Notes: a model not told the origin generated them from the sequence alone. DNA of 64,000 bases from a virus (IMGVR_UViG_2843291059_000004:70479-134478); one strand, 5' to 3'; positions 8,514-19,557 are shown, counted from the stretch's first letter. Numbers and translations: made by a program.

Positions 8514-9635
8514 ATGCCGAGAAAGAAAAAGGTACTAGATTCCGTCGAGGCATCTATACCCACCAAGGAAAAATGGGAATGTACTCGTTGTGAACACTCA
8601 TATGAAGCTCCAACTGGACATTTTTATAAAAATAGTTTTTCTCAATTATTTAAAAATCGAGGTGGGTTCTCTACTCTTTGTAAAGAGTGTGTCAATGAAT
8701 TATTCGATGAGTACACGAAACGATATGAGAGTGAACGTACAGCATGTATGATTCTCTGTCATATGTTGGATTTTCCATTCTATAACAGTCTTTATGATTC
8801 TATTGTGCAGAACTCAGGCTCTTGCAAACCAGGAATGTACGCCAGAGCTCTCTCGTGTCGGCAGTATCAATTTCAGACATTTGCAACCGTTCTTACGAAT
8901 GGTGAATTGAATAAGAACGCTCTGGATGTTCGAGATGAAAAAGAACAGAAATGGTCTAAAGCTGAAATCCAAGCGAAGGACGATGTTATCGCTATTGTTG
9001 GTTACGACCCATTTGAAGGTCATGCCGAAAATGATCGAAGATATCTGTTTAGTGATCTAATTAAATATTTTGAAGACGGAATTGAAGATGACCCTTATAA
9101 GCTGTCACAGATTATTCAGGTTGTCATCAATAACGGCCAGATTCGTAAGATTGATTTCCGACTTGCCCAGCTTGACCCGATGAATTCAGCAGACACTATC
9201 AAGAGCCTTAATGATATTAAGGTCAAGTTGGTTTCTAACAACGATAAAATTGCCAAGGAAAACGAGATTTCTGTCAAGAACCGTTCCAATAAGGATGCCG
9301 GACGTAATACGCTTACATTCTTGATGAAGGATATGCGGGAAAAGGATATTGCTGGTGCAGAAGCAAACTTTTACGACCAGTTACGGTCTCCGGGCACTCA
9401 ATGGGCGGCAGATATGAGTGTTAAGGCAATCAAGGAAAATGCTTTCTTTGACGAAAATGATATGCAGGAAATTTTCGATACACAAAGAGAACTGATTGAT
9501 AAGTTCCAGAAAGAAAGTGATGACGCTAAGGAAAAATACAGGCTGTCTCTTATCGAAAATCAGCGGCTCAAAGAATTGTTAGAAGATGCTGGTATTGACG
9601 CAAACGCAAAAGATACGGATGGTGATGCCGTATGA
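8514..9635 (+). CDS. zinc-finger protein upstream of the terminase (YonG-like; candidate small terminase/packaging factor)
   Basis: GGAGGT RBS, CTRC..CKEC N-terminus, coupled to terminase. Confidence 0.6.
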   Translation: MPRKKKVLDSVEASIPTKEKWECTRCEHSYEAPTGHFYKNSFSQLFKNRGGFSTLCKECVNELFDEYTKRYESERTACMILCHMLDFPFYNSLYDSIVQNSGSCKPGMYARALSCRQYQFQTFATVLTNGELNKNALDVRDEKEQKWSKAEIQAKDDVIAIVGYDPFEGHAENDRRYLFSDLIKYFEDGIEDDPYKLSQIIQVVINNGQIRKIDFRLAQLDPMNSADTIKSLNDIKVKLVSNNDKIAKENEISVKNRSNKDAGRNTLTFLMKDMREKDIAGAEANFYDQLRSPGTQWAADMSVKAIKENAFFDENDMQEIFDTQRELIDKFQKESDDAKEKYRLSLIENQRLKELLEDAGIDANAKDTDGDAV

Positions 9636-9939
9636 GAATGAAACAAAGAGCGCCTATTATTACAGCCGTAAAACGTAAGATTTATGAGTGTGATGCGGCA
9701 ACGATTGCGTTCTATCGGCGTAATCCTGTTATTGCGGCCAGAGATTTATTGGGTATCCAACTATTTGACGCTCAGGCATATATGCTGGAACAAAGCTGGA
9801 ATGCAAGTCATGTTCTTTGGGCATGTAGTCGAAACTTTGGTAAGTCTTTTGTAGGTTCTGTTTTCATTCTACTAAAGGCTATCCTATATGAGAATCAAGC
9901 TATTTACATCGTAAGTAGCGTTGGTGATCAGAGTAAGGT
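9632..9939 (+). CDS. terminase large subunit, exon 1
   Basis: Walker A CSRNFGKS; coding continuity breaks after VSSVGDQSK at the group I intron P1. Confidence 0.85.
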
Positions 9940-10334
9940 AAGTTGCCTCACATATACAGAGATGTGTGTGTGCTTCTTGGTTAATTGCAGGTAATTGGTA
10001 AAGCTCTACACTAAAACGGAGTTGGAAACGACAAACGTAAATGTGCGAAAGCAGAAAAAACGTAGAGATGAGCTATGCTGAAATAAAAGCGTCTTATGAC
10101 GTGCTAAGGCTCGTAATAATCCATGTTCATGCAGCCACCACCCGTAACGTCTATATGACAGGATGAGGTTCAACGACTATCTCCTTGTGGGAGAGTAAAA
10201 CCGCAAGCTTATGGCGGAGGAAAAATCAAGCTCCAAATTTATTTTGGATGATGAAATAGTCTATTCACGACAAGAAATTGTGTGGTCGTTTATGCGGCAA
10301 TGTACAGTTGCGATGTACATTAAATACATTCAGA
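9940..10334 (+). mobile_element. group I intron without ORF in terminase (395 nt; boundaries +/-1 nt)
   Basis: P1 AGGT/GCCT with U.G; P AATTGCAGG 9983; Q CATGCAG 10128; R GGTTCAACGACTA 10167; S GAAATAGTCT 10253; P10 AAGTT/AACTT. Confidence 0.85.
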
Positions 10335-11877
10335 AACTTTTAATAAAATCGAAGAAATTGTCACTCGTGCTGGTAAGACGGCAGCGTCTATACGTAGTCT
10401 GCAAGATATTGCAGAGAAGGAAACGAAAAAGTCTGCGACGAATAAGAGTGGTTTTAGTCATAATCCCGCCGGGTATGTTGTTGAGTTTTATAATGGTAGT
10501 TCCATCAGTACACTGAACTCCAACCCGGATAGTGCAAGAAGTCGCCGTGCCAGTCTTGTGTTTTTTGATGAGGCAGCGTTTTGTGCTGACGAATTGATTG
10601 TTGTCTGTGAAGCATTTGCAACTCAGAACACAGACTTCGTGACTGATACAGACGACAGCTATAATCCCGAGACACAACCGCGCAAGGTTCCTACACAACT
10701 TGTGTATGCTTCGAGTCAGGATACGATGGATAAACTATTCTATCGTTATTATAAAAACTTTGCAAAGCGTATGATTGCCGGTGACCGTGATTATTTTGTT
10801 TGCGACATGATTTGCGATGTTGCAATTCAGGTCTATATGAATGGTAAACCATACAAGGCTTTGTTGACAAGAGACAAAGTGGAAGCCGCTCTAAAGTCAA
10901 ATAAAATGAAGGCGTTGCGTGAATATTATAATCGCCCAAGCCGTGATGGTGGCGTAAACCAGATTATCAAATGGGGTACAGTTCGTCGCAATGAGCGAAA
11001 GTATATCCCACAGCTTTATTGGGATAAGAACTATCAGTATATTCTTGCGTTTGATCCTGCCCGCACAATGGATAATTCTATTGTTGGTGTTATGCGTATT
11101 TATAACGATCCAGAAAACGGCATGTGTGGAGATATTATCAACTGCGTGAACATGGTTGATATTGCAAATGAGAAAAAATTCAAGCTCGATTCTAATCGTC
11201 AGCTTGAGCAGTTACATGAGTTGATTCTACATTACAATGGTCAAAATCCTGATTACGAGTACATTGATAGATTGATGATTGACCAAGGCGCTGGCGGCGG
11301 TGGTACTTCCACATATGCGGACGGTTTGCTTAATAATTGGACCGATAAAACAGGTGCGGAACATCGTGGTTTTATCGACGCAAATCATGAATTATATGAA
11401 GGATATGATGCCCGTTACCCAGATGCTGTTGATAAGCTACGTCTAATTAGTCCTCGTAAATTCCGTACTGCCATGGTTGAGGAATTTATTGAGTTGATGA
11501 ATCTTGGCGTCATTCACTTCCCTCTTGAATATAACGGCGGAGATTACGTTCAGGTAGTAGACGGCGTGGATAAATCAACTGGTCAAGAAATTTTGAAGAC
11601 GCATGAACTCACTTTAGAAGAACAGACTGCATGGGTTAATATCGACTTGATGAAGAACGAGATTACAAGCATTCAGAAAACGACAAACTCTGAAAACACG
11701 ACCGTAACATATGCTTTGGCACCCGATGTTGCCAATAAAATTCACGATGATAGGTTCTATGTTGCTATTTTGCTTGCTCATCGTCTATACGAATTACGTC
11801 GTAAGGATAAAGTGCGCCAGTCTGCGGTGGAGACAATGACTGCTCCGCCGATTTGTATTTCTAACATTGACTTCTAA
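10335..11877 (+). CDS. terminase large subunit, exon 2 (spliced product ~616 aa)
   Basis: Frame open from ~10324 (..TFNKIEEIV..) through Walker B VFFDEA and the RNase H-like FDPARTMD...HDDR nuclease motifs. Confidence 0.85.
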
Positions 11878-11894
11878 GCAGAGGAGGTGAAAAT

Positions 11895-13520
11895 GTGGCA
11901 AGAAAGAAAAAGGAAGATTTTGATGTCGTGACTGCTTCACAGACAGATGATGGTACTGTTGTGCTTACATCTGTAAACGAGCTTTCGGAAGAAAGAATGG
12001 ACAATGTTATCCGCCATGCTATCGCGTCCTATGATCCTGAAAACAAGCAATATAGTACATACCTGAAAATTTCAGCCTCCTCTGAAACGCTGACGGTTGA
12101 CCGAATTGATGAACTTGCACGAGGGTTACAGTCGAGTCTGACGAATGTGCAGACGGTCAATGGAATCATCCGTAATTACATCAATAAAGATGACCTAATT
12201 GGTATTACCTATGATGCGATTGAAGCGAATGTTAATACGGAGTTTAAATGCAGTTTTGCGCAGTTCCCTGAACAGCGTAATAAGACAAAACAGGTAAATT
12301 ACGCCCGTGAAGTGGTTGATGATTTCAACACACAAATCAATGTGCGAAGTCTGTTACGTGCTGCCATTCCGATGACTTACGCAGAGGGCACTTATATTAC
12401 ATATCTGCGTCAGAAAGATGAGAACTACATTGTAGACTACTACCCTCTTGGTATTGCTGAGATAAGTGATTACCTATCAAATGGACAGCCTGTTGTGCTT
12501 ATCAATATGTCTAAGCTGAAATCCGCTTTAAGCAAGTCTATGCTGAAGGATAAGAAGAATAAAGCGCTATTCTTTGAAAATCAGGAGACTGAGATTCAGA
12601 ACAACTACCCAGACGAGGTATATCAGGCATTCAAAAACGGTGATACATACGCGAAGCTTGATGTTGACCACTGTGGTGTAATTCGCATTGGCAATATGGG
12701 TCAGAAGTATGGTGTTTCTCCCCTATTCCGCGCCTTACGCCCGGCATTGATGCTTGAGACTTTTGATACTTCGGACCGTGTGAATGCTAAGGCAAAGGCA
12801 AAGAAAATCATCTGGCAACAGCTTGACCCTGAATTGATGGGTCCAAACAAAGACAAGAAGGGTTTTTCTGAACAGGTGACGGCACACGATAACCTGCTGC
12901 GTGCATGGAAGCAAAATACCGTGCTTGTGACGACTGCTCCCTACGTCAAGGATATCAAATATGTTGAGCCGAAGGTTGAGATGACGAATATCGAGACTGT
13001 CAAACAGTATCGTAACCGAGAAATGGCAGCTTTAGGTATTAGTTTCTTAAACACTGATGGTCAACAGACTGTTTCAACTGCAAAGGTGTCTCTTGACCAG
13101 CTGATGAAAAATATCGGTAAGATTGCGGAACAGATTGAGGATGTATTAAAGCGATGGTATCGTATTCGCCTTGAAGATGCAGGTGTGGACACTATGTACT
13201 GCCCTGATGTAAAGGTCTCTACTACTGAAATGATGGGTATGGAGATGAAGAAGGCGATTGCTCAGTTCCTGTTTACCACCTTGAATTGTTCTTACAAGAC
13301 TGCTTACGAGTACATGGGGCTTCATGCTGAAGACGAACTCCGTAAACGTCAGGCCGAAACTGAGGAAGGTTATGATGATGTGTTTGTGGCTCGACAGACC
13401 TCTTATACATCAACCGGCAACTCAAGCGGTGGTGACAGTGATAAAAAGACAGGCCGTCCAAAGGGCGAGGAAACTGAAAAACAGATTTATGACCAGCAAA
13501 GAAATGAAGATAGTAAGTGA
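11895..13520 (+). CDS. portal protein
   Basis: 541 aa directly after terminase; YGVSP motif; GRP in the low-complexity tail. Confidence 0.8.
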   Translation: MARKKKEDFDVVTASQTDDGTVVLTSVNELSEERMDNVIRHAIASYDPENKQYSTYLKISASSETLTVDRIDELARGLQSSLTNVQTVNGIIRNYINKDDLIGITYDAIEANVNTEFKCSFAQFPEQRNKTKQVNYAREVVDDFNTQINVRSLLRAAIPMTYAEGTYITYLRQKDENYIVDYYPLGIAEISDYLSNGQPVVLINMSKLKSALSKSMLKDKKNKALFFENQETEIQNNYPDEVYQAFKNGDTYAKLDVDHCGVIRIGNMGQKYGVSPLFRALRPALMLETFDTSDRVNAKAKAKKIIWQQLDPELMGPNKDKKGFSEQVTAHDNLLRAWKQNTVLVTTAPYVKDIKYVEPKVEMTNIETVKQYRNREMAALGISFLNTDGQQTVSTAKVSLDQLMKNIGKIAEQIEDVLKRWYRIRLEDAGVDTMYCPDVKVSTTEMMGMEMKKAIAQFLFTTLNCSYKTAYEYMGLHAEDELRKRQAETEEGYDDVFVARQTSYTSTGNSSGGDSDKKTGRPKGEETEKQIYDQQRNEDSK

Positions 13521-13531
13521 GGTGATGAACG

Positions 13532-15079
13532 ATGAGTAAGGAGTATTTCTATAGTAGAAACATCTGTTGCTCTGAGATTACGGAGCATCCAGACCACTAT
13601 CTTGCCAAGTTTGTCATTTGTGATTTCTCAGTAAATGGAAATCAGGTTGCTTTGAACCGTGAAACCATTGAAAGTTGGATGAGTACACTGGTTGGCAACC
13701 CGCTTGTTGGTAAGTTGGTTGTAGCTCCAAAGGGTGAGCTGGATTTTTCCGGTCACAATATGAAAGTCGTCACCAGAAAAGACGCTGACGGCAATGAATA
13801 CAAGACTGCCGAATTTGACACTGATGCGTTCGGTAGCTTTCAATCGGTCGGTATCGAGAAAATTGACGATACCGACTTTATTGTTGCCTCTTGTAAGATC
13901 TGGAAGCGATATCCAAAAGCTTGTGCGACGATTCTGCGCCGTATTGAGAGTGGCACATTGAATACAAGTTGGGAAATTGATGTGCTGAAAGCTCATAAGG
14001 GAATCGTGGGTGGCCGCATGACAAAAATTATTGACGATGGCGTGTTTACTGCACATTGTCTGCTTGGTGCAAATGTTGAACCGGCATATAAGTGTTCTAA
14101 ACTGCTTGAAGTCGCTGAAACCGATTTTGGTCTTGAGTTGGCAAATGCCTACATTGAGGACACAAAAGAGATTTCAAATATAGAATCTAATGAAAAGGAG
14201 GCAAAAAATTTGGAACTGAATAAGGATAAGGAAACTCAAACCGCACAGATTGAGAATCCCACCGAGATTGAGCAGGCAGAGCAGACCGCTACTGAGTCTA
14301 CCACTGAGCCCACTACTCCGGCAGAGCCTGATGTTCAAACTTCCGAGGAAGGCGGTGAAACCCCTCCCCCGACTGAACCTGAAACCGGCACTGAACCCGC
14401 TCCAGAGACTTCCAGTCTGACTGTTGATGATATCATGAGTAAGCTGCGAATGGAAGTTCGTAAGATCAATTCTGATATGTATCTGGTAGAGATGTTCCCG
14501 GAGGACCATACCGTTTGGTGTAAAAAGTATGGTCCTATCAATAGCCTTGATTACATCATGTTCCCTTATACCGTTGAGGGCAATGAGGTTTCTCTTGGCG
14601 AGCCGCAGAATATCACTCTGGTTGTTTCTGTTTCTCAGGTCAACACCAAGATTGCGGAGCTGAATAACACTATTGCAAGCTTGAATACTGAATTGCAGAG
14701 TGCAAAGGAAAAGGTTGCTTCTTTGACCCCATATAAGGATCAGGCCGAGAAGGAAGCTGCTGAGAAAGCTGCTGCGGAGCTTGCACAGAAGAAGGAGGAT
14801 CTGCGTCAGTACGCAATCTCCAGCAAGATGATTACTGAAGCTGAGGTTTCTGAGGGTGGCAACTACGCAAGTCTGATTGATAATCTGGATGAGACCGGCA
14901 TCAAGAGTGTGATTGCCGAGCGTTGCGTTGAAGCCGCTAAGAAGGCTCCTGCCGAAAAGAAGATTGAGACATCTGAGGTACATAAGCCTGAGAGTATCAA
15001 GCTGAATTTGAATGAAACCAAGTATAACACCACTAACGCTAACAAGCGTGACGCATGGCGGGAATATTTGGGCAAGTAA
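13532..15079 (+). CDS. prohead protease/scaffold protein (YonD-like)
   Basis: SWEI protease-like motif, P/E/T-rich linker, C-terminal coiled coil; lies between portal and capsid. Confidence 0.75.
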   Translation: MSKEYFYSRNICCSEITEHPDHYLAKFVICDFSVNGNQVALNRETIESWMSTLVGNPLVGKLVVAPKGELDFSGHNMKVVTRKDADGNEYKTAEFDTDAFGSFQSVGIEKIDDTDFIVASCKIWKRYPKACATILRRIESGTLNTSWEIDVLKAHKGIVGGRMTKIIDDGVFTAHCLLGANVEPAYKCSKLLEVAETDFGLELANAYIEDTKEISNIESNEKEAKNLELNKDKETQTAQIENPTEIEQAEQTATESTTEPTTPAEPDVQTSEEGGETPPPTEPETGTEPAPETSSLTVDDIMSKLRMEVRKINSDMYLVEMFPEDHTVWCKKYGPINSLDYIMFPYTVEGNEVSLGEPQNITLVVSVSQVNTKIAELNNTIASLNTELQSAKEKVASLTPYKDQAEKEAAEKAAAELAQKKEDLRQYAISSKMITEAEVSEGGNYASLIDNLDETGIKSVIAERCVEAAKKAPAEKKIETSEVHKPESIKLNLNETKYNTTNANKRDAWREYLGK

Positions 15080-15106
15080 TAACATTTGAGAGAAAGGAAA
15101 AATATT

Positions 15107-15583
15107 ATGATTCGTGAACTGATGGTGAACGGCGCGAAGAATATTCCCGCTAACTATGCCGCAAAGGTCGCTATGGTCACCGGTATGGGTGTTCAGGTTG
15201 ACCACAAGGCTGGTCAGGTTAAGTTCCCTGATGCAGCTACCGCTGAGGGCATCGAGATGGTTGCCCATGAGTTTATCCCGGAGGGCATCTATGCAAGCCA
15301 GACTAATTTTGATGACTATGATAAGATGGTCACCGAGATTAAGGCAGGTGTGCTGGTGAAGCGCGTTCCGCTGTATGCTGGTGAGCTGTACGGCACAGAC
15401 CAGTATAAGGCAGATGATGCACAGGATGCTAATGTCGGCAAGCTGCTGGAGGTCAACACTGACGGTAAATGGCAGGTTGCTACTACTGGTACTTCTCGTT
15501 TTGAGTTTGCTGGTGTGATGGACGACAACGGCCACAAGCTGATTATGATCAGTGTGCTGCCCGAGGCAAAGACTGTTGCTTGA
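15107..15583 (+). CDS. capsid decoration/stabilising protein
   Basis: 158 aa beta-rich, highly expressed codon bias, immediately before the capsid gene. Confidence 0.6.
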   Translation: MIRELMVNGAKNIPANYAAKVAMVTGMGVQVDHKAGQVKFPDAATAEGIEMVAHEFIPEGIYASQTNFDDYDKMVTEIKAGVLVKRVPLYAGELYGTDQYKADDAQDANVGKLLEVNTDGKWQVATTGTSRFEFAGVMDDNGHKLIMISVLPEAKTVA

Positions 15584-15679
15584 TTGAGAGAAAAAACTTG
15601 AATACGATACGTGAAATTTAAGGCTATCGTCTTTTGGCGGTAGCTCTTTTATTTTGCGCGAAGAGAAAGGAAATGAATT

Positions 15680-16501
15680 ATGGCACTGAATATTGAAGTG
15701 GCCGAGCTGATGAAGCAGCCTGGTCGTGTTTATGAAGTTGCTGAGAAGACTCAGTACAATCGCGCTATGGATGCCGAGGACAAGGAAATTGCTGAGGTTG
15801 TTGGCGCTCATGTTGAGGAGCTGATTGACAAGGGTGACCCCAACAAGGAGATTGCTCAGTTTGTTAACCGCACCGTGACTGATGAGCTGTATGGTGCACC
15901 TGATGAGCTGCTGGACTCCATGTTTGAGCGTGGTAATGTTGGTGAGTTTGATGATTATGAGGCAGGTCGTACTGTTAAGAACACCCTGAAGGCTTATGAT
16001 GCAGCCAAGGGCGGCAACGTGCCGAAGTCTTACCTGCACTACGAGACCATTAAGCCCGTCTGGCGTAATAAGCAGATCGAGGCTGATCTTAGCTTTGTGG
16101 ATGTAAGACGCAATGCTTGGAAGAGTGTGGCAACTCTGACCACCTTTATGACTGAGGCTCTGAAGAACCAGATGTTCTATGACATCTTCAGCATGGTTGA
16201 TGACGCTATCACTGGTGGCGAGCAGAAGATCGATGCACAGGGTAAGGAGCCCACTATGCAGGACATGGACGCTCTGGCTCTGTATCTGAATGAGTACGCC
16301 GATGGTGGTAATCCCTTCACTGTCAGCCTGATGAAGTACTGTGCCAAGATGCGTCGTATGACCGGCTACGCTGAGTATCTGTCTGACGCAGCTAAGGACG
16401 AGTTTAACCGTTATGGTCTGGTTAAGACTTACGATGGTGTTGCTATTACTGGTATTAGCTCTGCCAAGAAGCTGGGTGATGGTTCCCTGCTGATCCCGGA
16501 T
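15680..16501 (+). CDS. major capsid protein, exon 1
   Basis: Strong codon bias; ends ...GSLLIPD at a group I 5' splice site (GAT|TAA). Confidence 0.85.
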
Positions 16502-18085
16502 TAAACTATGTAGTTTACATAAAATAGTCCAGTCGTGATGCAAATCACGATAAAAAATACACATTGAATTGCTGGAAAACCCTAAAACTACAATTACCAA
16601 AACAGAAGGATGAAATATGCCTAGATGGGTGGTCGCGAAAGCAGAAAGAAAATTGTAGATGATGCATGGTTAAAACCTAAACATAAAATAATGGGCAATC
16701 AGCAGCCAAGTTCCGAAAAGGAAAAGGTTCAACGACTATCCGCGTGGGAGCGGTTAGGATGCAAGTGTTTGGCATCCGAAGTGGTGTGCCCCAGTGTTTT
16801 TACTGGGTGAAGATATAGTCTTCACTCGTATGAGAGTACGAGGTTGCTAGATGCAACAAGAACGGAGTAGCGTCCGGTATAATGTTTATCTAATATTTAA
16901 TTTGACCAGATGTTGTGTAGAATGTCTGGCTTTTATTTTGCAAGAAAGGAGGTAGCATGGATGACACCAATGAGAACGACAGAAGACTTCAAAAAAGAAG
17001 TGTTTGATGTAAACCCAAATTTTGAAATTTTATCCGAATATAATGGTCTTCGAAAAAAGATTACCAGGAAATGTAAAGTATGCGGTGATGTACGTGAAGT
17101 ACAGGCAAGAATGTTGCTTGATAATCGTGGGTGTCAAGCATGTGTTGCCTCTAAGCGTGGAGCAGAAAAAAGAAAGTCGCCAATACAATTTTCCACGGAG
17201 CTGTTTGAAGTAAATCCTAATATTGAGTTGTTATCTGAATACACAACAAACAATGCGAGAGTGCATTGTCGTTGTAAACTTGATGGGCATGAGTGGAATG
17301 GCATACCTCATACATTGCTTGATGGACATGGGTGTCCAGAATGTTATCGACGGATTGCAAACAGACGAACGGAAGATGAATTCTTAAAAGAAATGCGTGA
17401 ACGATTTCCTACTATTCATGTTCTTTCAAAATATGTCCGTGTTGCTGTGAAAGTGGATTTTGCATGTGATGTTTGCGGTTACCATTGGACCGCAATTCCT
17501 GATACGATACTTAATAATAAAAATTCTGGTTGTCCAAAATGTGCTGGGAGAGCACATATTTTAGAGTCTGAAATGATAGAACGACTAAGAACGGTTTCTC
17601 CAAGTGTTGAGTATTTGAGCGGATATAAAAATATATTATCTCATGCAAATTTTAAATGTAAGAAATGTGGTTACAAATGGTCAACAGCTGTCAATTCAGT
17701 TCTTGGCGGGCATGGATGTCCAAAGTGTTGTTCTTCTCATGGTGAAGAAAAAGTATGCAATTATCTCGATAGTCATGGCATTGATTACATACGAGAATAC
17801 CGTTTTAAAGATTGTAAAAATGAACGGCAGCTTCCTTTTGATTTCTATATACCATCAAAAAACACTTGCATTGAATACGACGGGCAACAACATTTTATGC
17901 CTGTTAGGTTTAGCAAGAGTGTAACCGAATCCGACTCTATTAGTACATATAAAAGTCAGCAAAAGAAAGATTCTTTAAAAACAGAATATTGTAATCGTAA
18001 TGGAATCAAACTTATCAGAATTCCCTACACAGATTTTGATAATGTAGAAAATATTTTAGATAAACATTTTTCTTAAAAATTTTGG
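16502..18085 (+). mobile_element. group I intron in the major capsid gene (1584 nt) with homing endonuclease
   Basis: P1 GGAT/GTCC(16527) U.G; P AATTGCTGGAAA 16567; Q AATCAGCAGCC 16697; R GGTTCAACGACTA 16726; S AAGATATAGTCT 16810; ends ...TTTGG; in-frame join IPD|KRIYG. Confidence 0.92.
16961..18076 (+). CDS. intron-encoded homing endonuclease: four zinc-ribbon repeats plus a Vsr-like/PD-(D/E)XK domain
   Basis: AAGGAGGT RBS; repeated CxxCG..W..GCPxC; C-terminal PFDFYIP..IEYDGQQH; AT-rich relative to flanks. Confidence 0.8.
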   Translation: MTPMRTTEDFKKEVFDVNPNFEILSEYNGLRKKITRKCKVCGDVREVQARMLLDNRGCQACVASKRGAEKRKSPIQFSTELFEVNPNIELLSEYTTNNARVHCRCKLDGHEWNGIPHTLLDGHGCPECYRRIANRRTEDEFLKEMRERFPTIHVLSKYVRVAVKVDFACDVCGYHWTAIPDTILNNKNSGCPKCAGRAHILESEMIERLRTVSPSVEYLSGYKNILSHANFKCKKCGYKWSTAVNSVLGGHGCPKCCSSHGEEKVCNYLDSHGIDYIREYRFKDCKNERQLPFDFYIPSKNTCIEYDGQQHFMPVRFSKSVTESDSISTYKSQQKKDSLKTEYCNRNGIKLIRIPYTDFDNVENILDKHFS

Positions 18086-18259
18086 AAACGTATTTATGGT
18101 ATTGCGGGCAAGATCGGAAGACTTGACATGAAGGGTGAGACTCATACTTACGAGGATCACGACAACAACAACGAAAAGATTCATCTGATGGTCAAGGACT
18201 TCACCTTCGGCTACAGCATTGATCATATCGATCGTGTTGCTAAGATTGTTCTGCAGTAA
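18086..18259 (+). CDS. major capsid protein, exon 2 (57 aa; spliced product 331 aa)
   Basis: KRIYGIAGKIGRLDMKGETHTYEDHDNNNEKIHLMVKDFTFGYSIDHIDRVAKIVLQ*; same codon bias as exon 1; followed by a terminator. Confidence 0.9.
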   Translation, partial: KRIYGIAGKIGRLDMKGETHTYEDHDNNNEKIHLMVKDFTFGYSIDHIDRVAKIVLQ

Positions 18260-18281
18260 TTTTTTACCAAAGACAAATCTG

Positions 18282-18309
18282 GGCGGAGACCGCAAAGTCT
18301 CCGCTTTTA
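18282..18309 (+). terminator. intrinsic terminator after the capsid gene
   Basis: GGCGGAGAC-CGCAAA-GTCTCCGCT followed by TTT. Confidence 0.75.
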
Positions 18310-18327
18310 TAGAAAAGGAGACAAATT

Positions 18328-19029
18328 ATGAGTTCCGTGATGGAAAAGAAGTTTATTGACGTTCTGAACTGCGACGATAACGTGGTTACCATTTCGTCAC
18401 TGAACGGTAAGGGTTATACTTTCGAGCCCGGTAGTGTGGAAGAGCCTTGTGTGATTCCTATTCCGCCGGAGGAGATTATGTATATGAACAGCACTTGTTC
18501 TGCGTTCAAGAATGGTGTTCTGCGTTTTCGCCCTGAAGAGCAGAATGAAATCTTTAAGGCTATTGGCGTTAAAGGTGACGACGTTCTGTTCGTTGAGGAT
18601 ATTGATGATGCGATTCTGAATCCCACTGTCGAGAATCTTCAGCGAATGATTGACATTAAGGATGGTGCTCAGTTTGAGCGTATTCGTGGTCGCTTTTATC
18701 GCATGACGAATGCCGGTGAAGACCTGTCCACTAAGGTCAAGCGCCTGATTGATGAGCGTTATAAGGAGCTTCGTGCTGGCAAGCGTAACAGTGAGCTGTC
18801 TGTTGTGCCTGCGGCCAAGTCTGCCCCTGCTGATGTTCAGGCGGAGCTTGAGGCCGCAAAGAACCAGCTTGCTGAAATGCAGAAGCAGATGCAGGCAGCA
18901 CTGGCACAGATGCAGGCTATGATGGCTGGTGCACAGCCTGTGGCACAGGACACTCCTGTTGAGAAGACTACTAAGCGTAGCCGCAAGAAGGCTGATGGAG
19001 AAAAGGCGGAGGCCGTTCCCGCCGAGTAA
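18328..19029 (+). CDS. head-associated hypothetical protein (YonA-like position)
   Basis: AAGGAG RBS; 233 aa following the capsid gene. Confidence 0.6.
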   Translation: MSSVMEKKFIDVLNCDDNVVTISSLNGKGYTFEPGSVEEPCVIPIPPEEIMYMNSTCSAFKNGVLRFRPEEQNEIFKAIGVKGDDVLFVEDIDDAILNPTVENLQRMIDIKDGAQFERIRGRFYRMTNAGEDLSTKVKRLIDERYKELRAGKRNSELSVVPAAKSAPADVQAELEAAKNQLAEMQKQMQAALAQMQAMMAGAQPVAQDTPVEKTTKRSRKKADGEKAEAVPAE

Positions 19030-19044
19030 GATTGGAGGGATAAT

Positions 19045-19545
19045 GTGACCGCATTTTCACAGGTATACGACAAGTTCTACGAGTTAGTCGAGACTGATAG
19101 TAATTTCTTTCAGTATTTTGACCTAAACGAGAACGAGGTAAGAGATCTTGTACATGACCGTGCAAAGAGTTATTTGATGGAGTCACTTTCTGTTGTTTCC
19201 AGAAATATTGAGCCTGAAGAGAATTTTAGCTTTGATGATTACGATTCTGAGCTAGAGGAATTCAACTTAGACCTTACATATGACGAAATTGATATGCTTG
19301 CACATTTGATGTTAGAGCAGCATTTCAAACGAGAGTTTGGGAAGTTGAAAGCATTTAGCGCACAGGACCTTCCTACAAGTTTACAGGTATTCTCCCCTGC
19401 TAACGAGCGCACGAGCATTCGTGCTCTTGTGAAAGACATCCATGAGGAGAATATGACGATGTTGGACAACTATATGGCAAAAGACCGCTCGACCCGCAAG
19501 CGTAAGACCATCGACTATGATACATACGCTTCCTACTCTGAGTAA
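19045..19545 (+). CDS. head-tail connector protein (putative)
   Basis: Position and size; helical and acidic. Confidence 0.55.
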   Translation: MTAFSQVYDKFYELVETDSNFFQYFDLNENEVRDLVHDRAKSYLMESLSVVSRNIEPEENFSFDDYDSELEEFNLDLTYDEIDMLAHLMLEQHFKREFGKLKAFSAQDLPTSLQVFSPANERTSIRALVKDIHEENMTMLDNYMAKDRSTRKRKTIDYDTYASYSE

Positions 19546-19557
19546 GGAGGTGTACCG

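Noticed and set aside
9938-10333. Spliceosomal-looking ends AAG|GTAAGT...TTCAG|
   Set aside because: Bacterial phage; that join is out of frame; the interior is a clear group I core.
10211-10516. ORFs 10211..10516 and 16625..16810
   Set aside because: They overlap intron core elements or exon 2 in the wrong frame; no coding features.
14174-16600. 808-aa minus-strand ORF and similar long antisense ORFs (46329..47249, 47694..48857, 48861..49748)
   Set aside because: Shadows of strongly codon-biased plus-strand genes; no RBS or motifs.
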